Below, piece by piece: positions 19,095 through 28,007 of a stretch of 64,000 nt of DNA. The notes beneath the pieces are model-generated. The model saw nothing but the letters and a program-made list of their open reading frames with translations. It ran no database searches and was not told the origin of the DNA. Source of the stretch: an uncultured Chloroflexia bacterium. Its GTDB lineage: Bacteria; Chloroflexota; Dehalococcoidia; DSTF01; JALHUB01. Numbering within the stretch: the first letter of the stretch is position 1; each line of letters begins with the position of its first letter. The DNA lies in assembly GCA_963703345.1 (NCBI GenBank), contig OY969814.1, positions 800,001-864,000 on the forward strand, in the 5' to 3' direction. The position numbers and the translations under genes are program-made.

Positions 19095-20236
19095 AGATTG
19101 CCCTGGTCTCGCCCTACGACTTCGCGGTGCCGGGCGGCGTCAACAACCACATCGAGCATCTGCGGGACAACTTCCTGCGCCTGGGGCAGGAGGTGCGGAT
19201 TATCGCGCCGTCGTCGCGTCCATCGTCGCACCGGCCGGAGCAGATGGTGACGCCGATGGGCAGGGCTGTCGGCGTGCCGGCGTCGGGCTCTGTGGCGCGC
19301 GTCACTTTTTCGCTCCGCATAGCGCCGAAGATCAAGCGGCTGCTGCAGGAGGAACGCTTCGACGTCATTCACGTCCACGAGCCCTTCGCGCCCTTCCTGC
19401 CGATGCAGGTGCTGCGACTCTCCGACGCCATCAACGTCGCGACGTTCCACGCCGCCAAGGAGGGCGGAAGGAACCGCTGGTACCTCTACGGTCGCCACGC
19501 CCTGAAGCGCTGGTTCCGGCGCCTCGACGGGAAGATAGCCGTCTCGGTGCCGGCGATGCGGCTGGTCAGCCGCTACTTTCCCGGTTATTACAACATCATC
19601 CCCAACGGCGTCGACGTGGAGCACTTCGAGATGGAGCGCGAGCCTCTCCCGCAATACCACGACGGCCGCCCGAACATCCTCTTCGTCGGCAGGCTGGAAA
19701 AGCGGAAGGGCGTCAAGTACTTGTTGCAAGCCTTCGCCGAGGTGAAGAAGGAGATGCCGGGACCGCGGCTGCTCATCGTCGGGCCGCCGACGCGGGCCGC
19801 GCGCGGCTACCGTCGCTGGGTCGCCGAGACGGGACTGAAGGACGTCGAGTTCGTCGGCTACGTGTCTTACGATGACCTGGCGCGCTATCATCACACGGCG
19901 GACATCGTCGTCGCGCCGGCGACCGGGAACGAGAGCCAGGGCATCGTGCTGCTGGAGGCGATGGCGGCCGGCCGTGCGCTGGTGGCGAGCAACATCGAAG
20001 GGTACGCCAGCGTCGTGACGCACGGCGTCGAAGGGCTGCTGGTGCTCCCGAAGGATGCCCACGCGCTTGCCGGCGCCCTACTGGACCTGCTGGCCGATCC
20101 GGAGAAGCGCCGGGAGATAGGCGAGAACGGCCGGCTGCGGGCGGAGCAGTTCCGCTGGGAGAGAGTGTCGCAGCGAGTGCTGACCTACTACGAGCAGTTG
20201 CAGTACGAGAGCAGGTCCGAGGCGGAGACCGAGTAG
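19091..20236 (+). CDS. GT4 glycosyltransferase, PimA-like (phosphatidylinositol mannosyltransferase-like)
   Basis: MKIALVSPYD...PGGV..H, HVHEP, ATFH, IPNGVD, RKG, ESQGIVLLEAMAAG. Confidence 0.85.
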   Translation: MKIALVSPYDFAVPGGVNNHIEHLRDNFLRLGQEVRIIAPSSRPSSHRPEQMVTPMGRAVGVPASGSVARVTFSLRIAPKIKRLLQEERFDVIHVHEPFAPFLPMQVLRLSDAINVATFHAAKEGGRNRWYLYGRHALKRWFRRLDGKIAVSVPAMRLVSRYFPGYYNIIPNGVDVEHFEMEREPLPQYHDGRPNILFVGRLEKRKGVKYLLQAFAEVKKEMPGPRLLIVGPPTRAARGYRRWVAETGLKDVEFVGYVSYDDLARYHHTADIVVAPATGNESQGIVLLEAMAAGRALVASNIEGYASVVTHGVEGLLVLPKDAHALAGALLDLLADPEKRREIGENGRLRAEQFRWERVSQRVLTYYEQLQYESRSEAETE

Positions 20237-20303
20237 CTCCCGGACGGGCAAGCCTCGACAGGCTGGCCCAGACGGGCAGGCCCAGACGGGCAAGGAGAAC
20301 TGG

Positions 20304-20915
20304 TTGTTCACACTGGTGCCGCACACGCTGCCGCCGCGGCTGGCGGAGCCGCTCGGGCGGTCGATTGCCCGCACCGGCGTCACACCTAATATGATAACGG
20401 CGGCAGGGCTGGCGGGAGCGCTCGTGGCGGCCGTGCTGGTCGCGCGCGGGCAATTCCTCGCCGGCGGCGTTGTGATGCTGGCCGCGGCGGCGCTCGACCT
20501 GTTCGACGGTATGGTGGCGCGGGCAAGTGGTCGCGTGACGGCCTTCGGCGGCATTCTCGATTCGACCTGCGACCGCCTGTCGGAAGCAGCGGTGCTCGGC
20601 GGGCTGGTGTTCCGCCTCAGCAGCGAGGGCAAACGCGAGGAGGTGGTGCTGGCGTTCGCGGCGGTGGTCGGCTCGCTCATGGTCAGCTATCTGCGGGCGC
20701 GCGCGGAGGCGGCAGGGATGCAGCTTCGCGAGGGGCTGTTCACGCGGGCGGAACGGGTGCTGGTGCTCGGCGTCGGGCTGATTTTCGGCTGGGTACGCCT
20801 GGCTCTCTGGATTCTCGCGGTGCTGGCGAATCTGACGGCGGCACAGCGATTGTGGCTGGTGCGGCGAAGGGCCGTCGCGCTCGAAGAGCGCGACGGCGGG
20901 CGAACCGCGCAGTAA
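20304..20915 (+). CDS. CDP-alcohol phosphatidyltransferase (PI/PIP synthase-like)
   Basis: TPN, DLFDGMVAR...GGILDSTCDR signature, SYLRARAE, R.ER. Confidence 0.88.
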   Translation: MFTLVPHTLPPRLAEPLGRSIARTGVTPNMITAAGLAGALVAAVLVARGQFLAGGVVMLAAAALDLFDGMVARASGRVTAFGGILDSTCDRLSEAAVLGGLVFRLSSEGKREEVVLAFAAVVGSLMVSYLRARAEAAGMQLREGLFTRAERVLVLGVGLIFGWVRLALWILAVLANLTAAQRLWLVRRRAVALEERDGGRTAQ

Positions 20916-20934
20916 GGAGCATCGAGGTCGTTTC

Positions 20935-21705
20935 GTGATACCGCTGAGGGACCAGGAATACCTTCGGGCGCGGTTCGCCCGCGAGCTGACCGGCGCCGTT
21001 CGCATCGACTACTTCACGCAACGTCGATTGCCTGTCTTCATCCCGGGTCGCGAGGAGTGCGCTTACTGCGAGGAGACGCAGACGCTGCTGAAAGAGATCG
21101 CGGCGCTGTCGGAGAAGATTACGCTGAACGTGCACGAGTTCGCGGATTCGACGAAAGAGGCGGCGCGCCTCGGCGTCGACAAAGTGCCCGGGGTCGTCGC
21201 GCGCGGCGCGTTGAATAGGCCGCTGCGCTTCTTCGGCTTCCCCGTCGGCAACGAGCTTGTGCCGCTCATCGAGGGAATCGTCGACGCGTCGCGCGGCAAG
21301 GTAGAGCTCACGCCGGAAACCGTTCGCCACCTGCGGCGGCTCCAACAAACGGTGCGCCTGGAGCTTTTCGTGACACCGGCCTGCCCGCATTGCCCGGAGA
21401 TGACTCGACTGGCCTACAAGCTGGCGCTGGGAAGCGCGCGGGTGAGAGTCGACGTGGTCGAAATCAGCGAATTCCCGCGCCTGGCCCAGCGCTACGGCAT
21501 CCGCGCCGTGCCGACGATCGTTCTCGACGAGCGCGCGGCGCTGGTAGGCGCTATGGACGAGGTGGCGCTTGTCTCGCACATCACGCAGGCGGCGCAGGGG
21601 AAAGCGCTGCGCCCGGCCGGCGGTCCGCCCGGGCCATCGACGTCGCTGGAACAACCGCGACAGGAGGGGACGGCTCATACGGGCAGCGGGCTCATACTAC
21701 CGTGA
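20935..21705 (+). CDS. Tandem thioredoxin-fold protein-disulfide oxidoreductase (PDO/AhpF N-terminal-like)
   Basis: CAYC and CPHC motifs, with VP cis-Pro motifs in both halves. Confidence 0.85.
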   Translation: MIPLRDQEYLRARFARELTGAVRIDYFTQRRLPVFIPGREECAYCEETQTLLKEIAALSEKITLNVHEFADSTKEAARLGVDKVPGVVARGALNRPLRFFGFPVGNELVPLIEGIVDASRGKVELTPETVRHLRRLQQTVRLELFVTPACPHCPEMTRLAYKLALGSARVRVDVVEISEFPRLAQRYGIRAVPTIVLDERAALVGAMDEVALVSHITQAAQGKALRPAGGPPGPSTSLEQPRQEGTAHTGSGLILP

Positions 21706-21722
21706 AAGCTGACAGGTGAGTC

Positions 21723-23237
21723 ATGGAAGCGGAGACGACGGGGGCAAAGGTAGGCTGGCGCGCCGACTGGCTCGAACGTGCGCTGGAGTTCGACTTCACG
21801 CGGCCGCTGGCGTTTGCCGCCCTCGCGGTCGTCTACGTCGCCGCTCGCATCCCCTGGATAGGCATTGGCTACGGCGCCGACCCGGATGCCTGGCGCGTCG
21901 CTCTCTCCGCCGACCACCTGCTGTCAAACGCCGAGTACCTGCCGTCGCGGCTGCCCGGCTTCCCGCTGGAGGAGTTCGTCACCGTGCCGCTGGTGCGCGC
22001 CGGCTGGGTCTGGACGAATCTCTCCACCGTCTTCATTTCACTGGCCGGCGTATACCTCTTCGCCCGGCTGCTCGTAGAGCTCAAGCTGCCGGCGCGCGGG
22101 ATACTCACGCCTGCCTTCGCCTTCACGCCGTTGCTCTGGATCAACAGCGTCCTGACCATGGACTACATGTGGTCGCTGGCGTTCATTCTTGCCTGCTACC
22201 TGGCGCTGATCCGTCGCCGGCCGCTGCTCGCCGGGGTTTGCATTGGGCTGGCCATCGGCTTTCGTCTGACGGCGTTCTGGGCCGCGTTCGCCTTCCTGTT
22301 CTGGATCTGGCGCGAACGACGCCCACGCTCGGCAATACCGTTCGTCGGCGCGATGGGAGTTGTGTCGCTCATCGCCTATTCGCCCGTCCTGGCGACCTAC
22401 GGCATCGGGATGTTCAACTTCTACGACGCCAAAGTGTCCCTCCTCGGCGTCCTGAACCTACTGGGCAAAGATGCCCTCGGCCTCCTGGGCGCGATTGCGG
22501 TCATCGGCGGCACGCTGCTGTCCCTGCCGCGGCTGAGGCGCCTACCCGGCGACTTCCTCGCCGACAATCACGTGGCGCTCTGGGTCGTCCTCTCGGTTCT
22601 GGTGTTCGCCTCCTTCACGCGGCTTCCCCACGAAGTCGCCTATCTCATTCCGCTGTACCCCTTCGGCTTCTTCCTCATGGCGCGTTACTTCCGGCTGCCT
22701 GTCCTGTCTGTCGTGCTGGCGCTGGTGGTGCTGGCCGGCTTCGTCGACATAACATCGCCGGGAAACGACGAGATCAACGGGCAGAAGTTCACCAACGCCC
22801 AGATAGGCGCCGGCATGGTGCTCTCCGACCTGGAAACTATGAAGAGCCAGCGCGCCTTCGCCACCGACCTCGCCGCCGTCGACATCCCGCCCCATTCCGT
22901 CGTCTTCATCGGCACCATCTTCCCGCAGTTCGCCATGCGCAACAGAGACCGCCTGGAGCTGGGCATCCTGGAGCGCGACCACAGCGCGATAAGCATGCTG
23001 ACGGACCGCGGCGAGGCCGTCGACACGGCGAAAGATGTCCGCTACGTCTGGCTGCTGAAGTACGACACGTTTGAAGCGTTCCGCCAGCAGGGGTACCAGT
23101 TCTTCTACGTGCACGACGCCGAAGGGGGAAACGCCGTCGTCTTCCACTTCAGGCCGGCCTACTTCGGCGCGACTGAGGTCCTGAAGGGCAGGACGCCGGT
23201 GGGCGAGGCCAAAGGCACGGCTTCGACGAACCGCTGA
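21723..23237 (+). CDS. Polytopic membrane protein, possible GT-C glycosyltransferase
   Basis: Many hydrophobic segments; DPD in the first loop after TM1; soluble C-terminal region. Confidence 0.6.
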   Translation: MEAETTGAKVGWRADWLERALEFDFTRPLAFAALAVVYVAARIPWIGIGYGADPDAWRVALSADHLLSNAEYLPSRLPGFPLEEFVTVPLVRAGWVWTNLSTVFISLAGVYLFARLLVELKLPARGILTPAFAFTPLLWINSVLTMDYMWSLAFILACYLALIRRRPLLAGVCIGLAIGFRLTAFWAAFAFLFWIWRERRPRSAIPFVGAMGVVSLIAYSPVLATYGIGMFNFYDAKVSLLGVLNLLGKDALGLLGAIAVIGGTLLSLPRLRRLPGDFLADNHVALWVVLSVLVFASFTRLPHEVAYLIPLYPFGFFLMARYFRLPVLSVVLALVVLAGFVDITSPGNDEINGQKFTNAQIGAGMVLSDLETMKSQRAFATDLAAVDIPPHSVVFIGTIFPQFAMRNRDRLELGILERDHSAISMLTDRGEAVDTAKDVRYVWLLKYDTFEAFRQQGYQFFYVHDAEGGNAVVFHFRPAYFGATEVLKGRTPVGEAKGTASTNR

Positions 23238-23243
23238 GGCCGC

Positions 23244-24527
23244 CTATCGCCGCCGTCGCCTTCCTCTCATGACGACGCCGGCGCAAACGATTAGCGCTGC
23301 CAGCGCCACCAGTCCGGCCGTCGCTGCCGGCGGGAGGCTGCTGCTGCTGCTCGACTGTCCGCCGTTGCTGTTCGACTGCGGCTGTCCGGTCGGCTGAGCC
23401 TGCTGCTCTCCCGACTGCTTCGGCGGCAGGCCGACGCTCTCCCGCCAGGCGCTCTCGAATCCCGCCTGGTCGAACCCATAGATCTTCTGGAGGGCCGCGT
23501 CAACGGTGCTGCCCGCCTTGAACGTGGCGAGCAACTGGCCGAACTTGTCCGCGCCAAAGTGGTCGATCAGGTATGAGACCAGGCTCCAGGATTCGCCGTA
23601 GAAAACGCTCACCTTCGAGCTGCTGAGCGCCGTGCTAAATGAGCTGATGCTTCCCAGCGAAAGGACGTCGTTGGCAGCGATGGCGTCCTGGAGGGCGCGG
23701 CTCTCATCCGCGTCCGGCTTCGATTGCGCGTAGACGGCAGTGCCCTCGTTTAGCCAGGCGGGCAGGTCGCCGAAAGGCCCCTTCACGGCCTGGCCTACGA
23801 CGATGTGGGCCAACTCGTGGCGAAGGACGTCCTCCGGCTCCTGGTCCAGCGCGACGACGGCCGTGTCGGAGGAAGAGACCTCGCCCAGCGTTATTAGCCC
23901 CTCTCCCGGCGCGTTACGATTCGAGAAGGCGGCCGGGCCCATCTCCTGCGCGGTGTCGTAAAGGTAGACCTTGACCGGGAAGCTCACGGTCGTCGCGGTG
24001 AGCTGCTCCATGCGCTGCAGCCCTTGCGTGCCGACTTGCAGCAGGGAGCGTACGTCGGACTCGCCGGCGCCGTAGTACCAGAGCGTGAGGTTGCCGTCGG
24101 TCATACTTTTCCACTGGTAGCGGGTGTCGTCGTAGACGAAGGTGGCCTGCGGAGTATCGATCTTGCTGCCGGAGCCATCGTCGATCTCCCAGTAGTAGGC
24201 GACATCGGTGCCGGGCGCGAGAAACAGCTTCGAGCCACTCTTCAGGTCGAAGGTGCAGGTGATAGCAGAGGTTCCGGAGCATGTGGGCTCCTCGTAGACG
24301 GGGGCGCCCTCAGGGGCGATCGTGTAGTGGAACGTGATCTTGGCGTTGGCCGCCGCCGGTCCGTGGAATGACAGGGAAAAGGTGGCGCCATCCGGGAAGT
24401 TGTTCTTCGCCTCGTTGGAATCGACGACGACGCCGCTAAAGGCGGAGACGGTTAGGGGAGACACGGCGGCCCAGACGGCTGGCAGGACCAGCGCGATCGC
24501 CAGAAAGACGACGACAATTCGCTTCAA
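23244..24527 (-). CDS. Secreted/anchored MA-clan zinc metallopeptidase
   Basis: Signal peptide, HELAH...WLNEGTA, FYGES, C-terminal TM plus Arg-rich tail. Confidence 0.85.
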   Translation of the reverse strand: MKRIVVVFLAIALVLPAVWAAVSPLTVSAFSGVVVDSNEAKNNFPDGATFSLSFHGPAAANAKITFHYTIAPEGAPVYEEPTCSGTSAITCTFDLKSGSKLFLAPGTDVAYYWEIDDGSGSKIDTPQATFVYDDTRYQWKSMTDGNLTLWYYGAGESDVRSLLQVGTQGLQRMEQLTATTVSFPVKVYLYDTAQEMGPAAFSNRNAPGEGLITLGEVSSSDTAVVALDQEPEDVLRHELAHIVVGQAVKGPFGDLPAWLNEGTAVYAQSKPDADESRALQDAIAANDVLSLGSISSFSTALSSSKVSVFYGESWSLVSYLIDHFGADKFGQLLATFKAGSTVDAALQKIYGFDQAGFESAWRESVGLPPKQSGEQQAQPTGQPQSNSNGGQSSSSSSLPPAATAGLVALAALIVCAGVVMRGRRRRR

Positions 24528-25625
24528 TGCCCGTCTCCTCCCATCGTCATCTTCAGGTAGGCCTCCATGAACGAGTCCAGCTCGCCGTCGAGCACGGCGT
24601 CGGGGTCGCTCGACTCAAAGCTCGTGCGATGGTCTTTCACCATCTTGTAGGGATGCAGGACGTAGCTTCGGATCTGGTTGCCCCAGCCGGCGCTCACGTG
24701 CTGTCCTTTGATGCGAGACTGTTCCTCCGCCTGGCGGTCGAGCTCCCTCTCCAGCAGCCGCGCCTCCAGCACGCGCATGGCGGACTCGCGGTTGCGATGC
24801 TGCGAGCGCTCGTTCTGGCAGCTTGCGACGATGCCGGTCGGCAGGTGGGTGATGCGAACGGCGGTCGCGTTCTTCTGAACGTTCTGGCCGCCGTGACCGC
24901 TGGAGCGAAAGACGTCGATCCGAAGGTCCTCCGGATTGACGGCGATGTCAGCGGCGCTTTCCGCCTCCGGCATCACTTCGACGAGGGCGAAGGAGGTGTG
25001 ACGGGCGTGGTCGGCATCGAACGGCGACAGACGAACGAGGCGGTGAACGCCGCGCTCGCTGCGCAGGCGACCGAAGGCGTAGCGGCCGTTGATCTCCAGG
25101 GTCGCGCTCTTGATGCCGGCTTCGTCGCCCGGCATGACATCGAGGAGGTCGGTCTGGTAGCCGCGGCGCTCCGCCCAGCGCAGGTACATGCGCAGCAGCA
25201 TCTCCGCCCAGTCCTGCGATTCAGTTCCGCCCGCGCCGGCGTGAATAGCGACGATGGCATTGCGACGGTCGTAGGGGCCGGAAAAAGAGAGCTCAAACTC
25301 CAGCCCGTCGAGGCGCCGGCTCAGGGCCTGCGCTTCGCTCTCCACCTCCGCCGCCATCGCTTCGTCGTCCCGCGCCAGCCCGGCCAGCTCACGCAGATCG
25401 CGGGCGGCGCGCTCTATTTGGCGCCACGTCGATACCGTCTCGTTTGCCTGGGACAGCCGCCGCATCGATTCCTGCGCCGCCGTCGGATCGTCCCAGAAGC
25501 CGGGCCGCGCCGATTCCTCTTCGAGCCGCCGTATCTCCTTCTCGAGCGTGGCTACGTCAAAGACGCACCATTACATGGCTGATGCGTCTATCGATGTCGC
25601 CGAACCTCTCGTCGGTTTCCTGCAT
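24524..25625 (-). CDS. prfB: Peptide chain release factor 2, with programmed +1 frameshift
   Basis: ATG at 25625 gives MQETDERF...VMVRL, then CTT TGA C (25562-25556), then DVATLEKEI... in the +1 frame. SPF and GGQ motifs are present. Confidence 0.96.
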
Positions 25626-25808
25626 CCTCGTGACCCCAATCCGGAGCGTCGCTACTCCTCAGGACCTCGCGAGCCCGCAGATACGTTATCGGACGCCGGC
25701 CCCGCGCGGCCTACGTCCAATTATAGTGGCTGCTTTCGCGGGGCGGCAAACGAGGCGTTGGCAGGCTTTGCTGTGCTATCATGACGGTGGGCAATCAGCG
25801 TGTTTTCC

Positions 25809-26216
25809 ATGAAGCGGTCTCTTCTCCTCGTCTCGTTCGGCGCCTTTCTGGCCCTGGCGGCTATCGGCTGCGGCATCGGCAGCGACCCCAAGCACCAGGA
25901 GCCGCTGGCCGCGATGCATGTCATCGGGACGCCGGCGGCGGGCCAGGTGCTACAGGTTGAGCTGGACTACCGGCAGACTTACTCGGTGGACGTGGACGTG
26001 GAGTGCGACCTGAAGCAGAACGGCGAGGTGGTGCAAAAGATAGGATCGGGCACGGTGCCGGCGCTGCCCGGGGCCCGGCCGGACGGCACGCCGATGCCGG
26101 GCAAGCTCGTGTTTCCCTTCACGGTGGTGAAGGCCGGCGACTACCAGGTTGCCTGTTTCACGACGGCCGACGTGGAAAACAAGCTGAAAGCCTCCCTTAC
26201 GGTCAACGGCCGGTAG
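25809..26216 (+). CDS. Hypothetical lipoprotein
   Basis: Signal peptide with lipobox LAAIGC; beta-rich mature part. Confidence 0.7.
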   Translation: MKRSLLLVSFGAFLALAAIGCGIGSDPKHQEPLAAMHVIGTPAAGQVLQVELDYRQTYSVDVDVECDLKQNGEVVQKIGSGTVPALPGARPDGTPMPGKLVFPFTVVKAGDYQVACFTTADVENKLKASLTVNGR

Positions 26217-26223
26217 GTCGCGC

Positions 26224-26532
26224 TCAGGCCGCCCGCCGGCGTCTGCCCGCCTGGTCACGGCGGACGAACTTGAAGAACCGACTCTCACTGCCGGCGCGGG
26301 TCTGCTCCTGGTAGACGAATGCCAGGTTCTTCTCGTCGAACTTGCGGAAGAACTCGTCCCAGGAGATCTCCTGCAGCGATCCCTCTGCGCCGTAGCTCGG
26401 GAAGTTAATCCGGAGAAGGCCGGCGTCGTTCCTGCCGGCGGTCCGCGCCACCGAGGCCGGCCGTCCGCCGCGCTCTTCGGCCCATTTCCTGATGACCTGA
26501 TGATCGGTTGTCGTCTTGGTCTCGCCTGCCAT
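26224..26532 (-). CDS. Conserved hypothetical protein (TTDH..IR.WAEERG family)
   Basis: TTTDHQVIRKWAEERGGRPA...LRINFP...SWDEFF..F; SD GGAGG. Confidence 0.8.
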   Translation of the reverse strand: MAGETKTTTDHQVIRKWAEERGGRPASVARTAGRNDAGLLRINFPSYGAEGSLQEISWDEFFRKFDEKNLAFVYQEQTRAGSESRFFKFVRRDQAGRRRRAA

Positions 26533-26647
26533 CAGCTCGCCTCCTTTCGACCACTAAGTTGATCCTTCAACACGAGTGTCGGGAAGTCATTGACCGCGGG
26601 TCAAGGGTTGGCCGACCGGGCTGTTGGGAGGGAGGTGGGCGACAGTC

Positions 26648-26893
26648 CTATCGCCGGTCGTGGGGACGTTTCGGATTGACTATCGGATCGAGGATTGCGG
26701 TGGCTTTGTCGAAGTCCTTCTCCTGCACCATCACCCAACAATCGTTGGGCACGCCCGGCCCGAAGACTATGCCGACGTAGTTGCCCGCGCCGCCCAGCTT
26801 CGGGACGGCAGGCACGCCTTCATTCTGGAGGAGCTCACACCACATGGCCGCCTCGGTCTCGTCCGGGGCCATGACAACGCCTACCCAGCTCAC
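26648..26893 (-). CDS. Small DUF2007-like protein
   Basis: EA......L..EG.P ... V.V.E.D...A..IL pattern. Confidence 0.65.
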   Translation of the reverse strand: MSWVGVVMAPDETEAAMWCELLQNEGVPAVPKLGGAGNYVGIVFGPGVPNDCWVMVQEKDFDKATAILDPIVNPKRPHDRR

Positions 26894-26935
26894 GTTCGCC
26901 TCAAATACTCCTGACGACGAATCTTATAGGAAAGG

Positions 26936-26965
26936 GAAGTGGGCAGCAAGAGCGCTGCCCACTTC
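26936..26965 (-). terminator. Hairpin terminator after the SDR gene
   Basis: GAAGTGGGCAGC/GCTGCCCACTTC 12-bp stem. Confidence 0.6.
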
Positions 26966-26989
26966 GCGGTTCTCGACTGTTTCGGGCTC

Positions 26990-27910
26990 TTATTCCTTCG
27001 GAGGCTGCGCGGGCCACTCGTTCATGAGGCCCTTCGTCACCTTCTCGGGGATTATCTTGGAGATGCTGTCGACCGTCCAGTTCTCGGTGTTCTCGACGGA
27101 GGCGATGATCTCCGGCTCCGAGTAGAGGCCGATGAAGCCGTAGCGCACCAGGAAGTTGCGGCCGTTGACGTTCGCCGCTTCGTCGGTGCACAGCCAGGCG
27201 ACCATCGGGCCAACCTGCTCCGGCACCTGCTTCTCCATCTCGGCCAGCGCCTTCATGCCCGCCTCACCGGCCCGCTCGAAGCGAGCGCGCATGTCCGGGC
27301 TCATGGTCATTCGGGTGGCTGCCTGCGGTCGGATGGCGTTGCAGCGGACGCCGTAGCGTCCCATCTCGCGGGCCAGTGTGCGGGTGAAGCCGACGATGCC
27401 TTCTTTGGCGGCAGCGTAGTTGGCCTGGCCCGGGTTGCCCAGGCCGGAGGTGGAGGCGGTGTTGATGATGACGCCGCCCTTGCGCTCCTGTCGGAAGTAG
27501 GCGCAGGCAGGCTTAGCGACGTTGTAGTGGCCGCGCAGGTGGACGGCGATGACGGCGTCCCAGTCCTCGGGCGCCATGTTGAAGATCATGCGGTCGCGGA
27601 GGATGCCGGCGTTGTTGATGACGATGTCCAGCCGGCCCCAGTTGTCGAGCGCCAGCTTGACGAGCTTCTCGCCGGTCTCCGTCTCGACGATGTTGTCGTG
27701 GTTCGCGACGGCCTGACAGCCCATCGCCTTGATCTCCTGGACGACCTGCTCGGCGGGAGTCGCGTTGCTGCCGCTACCGTCAACCGACGCTCCTACGTCA
27801 TTGATGACGACGTTCGCGCCTTCAGATGCCAGGGCCAGCGCCTCGCCGCGGCCGATTCCACCGCCGGCACCCGTGACGATCGCTACCCTACCCTTTAGTC
27901 TGTCAGCCAT
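26990..27910 (-). CDS. Short-chain dehydrogenase/reductase (3-hydroxyacyl-CoA dehydrogenase-like)
   Basis: TGAGGGIG, NNAGILRD, YAAAK. ATG at 27910 after GGAGG. Confidence 0.92.
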   Translation of the reverse strand: MADRLKGRVAIVTGAGGGIGRGEALALASEGANVVINDVGASVDGSGSNATPAEQVVQEIKAMGCQAVANHDNIVETETGEKLVKLALDNWGRLDIVINNAGILRDRMIFNMAPEDWDAVIAVHLRGHYNVAKPACAYFRQERKGGVIINTASTSGLGNPGQANYAAAKEGIVGFTRTLAREMGRYGVRCNAIRPQAATRMTMSPDMRARFERAGEAGMKALAEMEKQVPEQVGPMVAWLCTDEAANVNGRNFLVRYGFIGLYSEPEIIASVENTENWTVDSISKIIPEKVTKGLMNEWPAQPPKE

Positions 27911-28007
27911 GTAATTCCTCCTCTGAATTAGAGTTTTGTTCCTTCCTTCACGCAAGCAGCTTTATAACCGATACCCCGTTTCGACGCAAGTGCGACTCGG
28001 GGTAGAG

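Noticed and set aside
20935-21705. Second selenoprotein in the thioredoxin-fold gene
   Set aside because: Both redox motifs are CxxC encoded by TGC, with no in-frame TGA.
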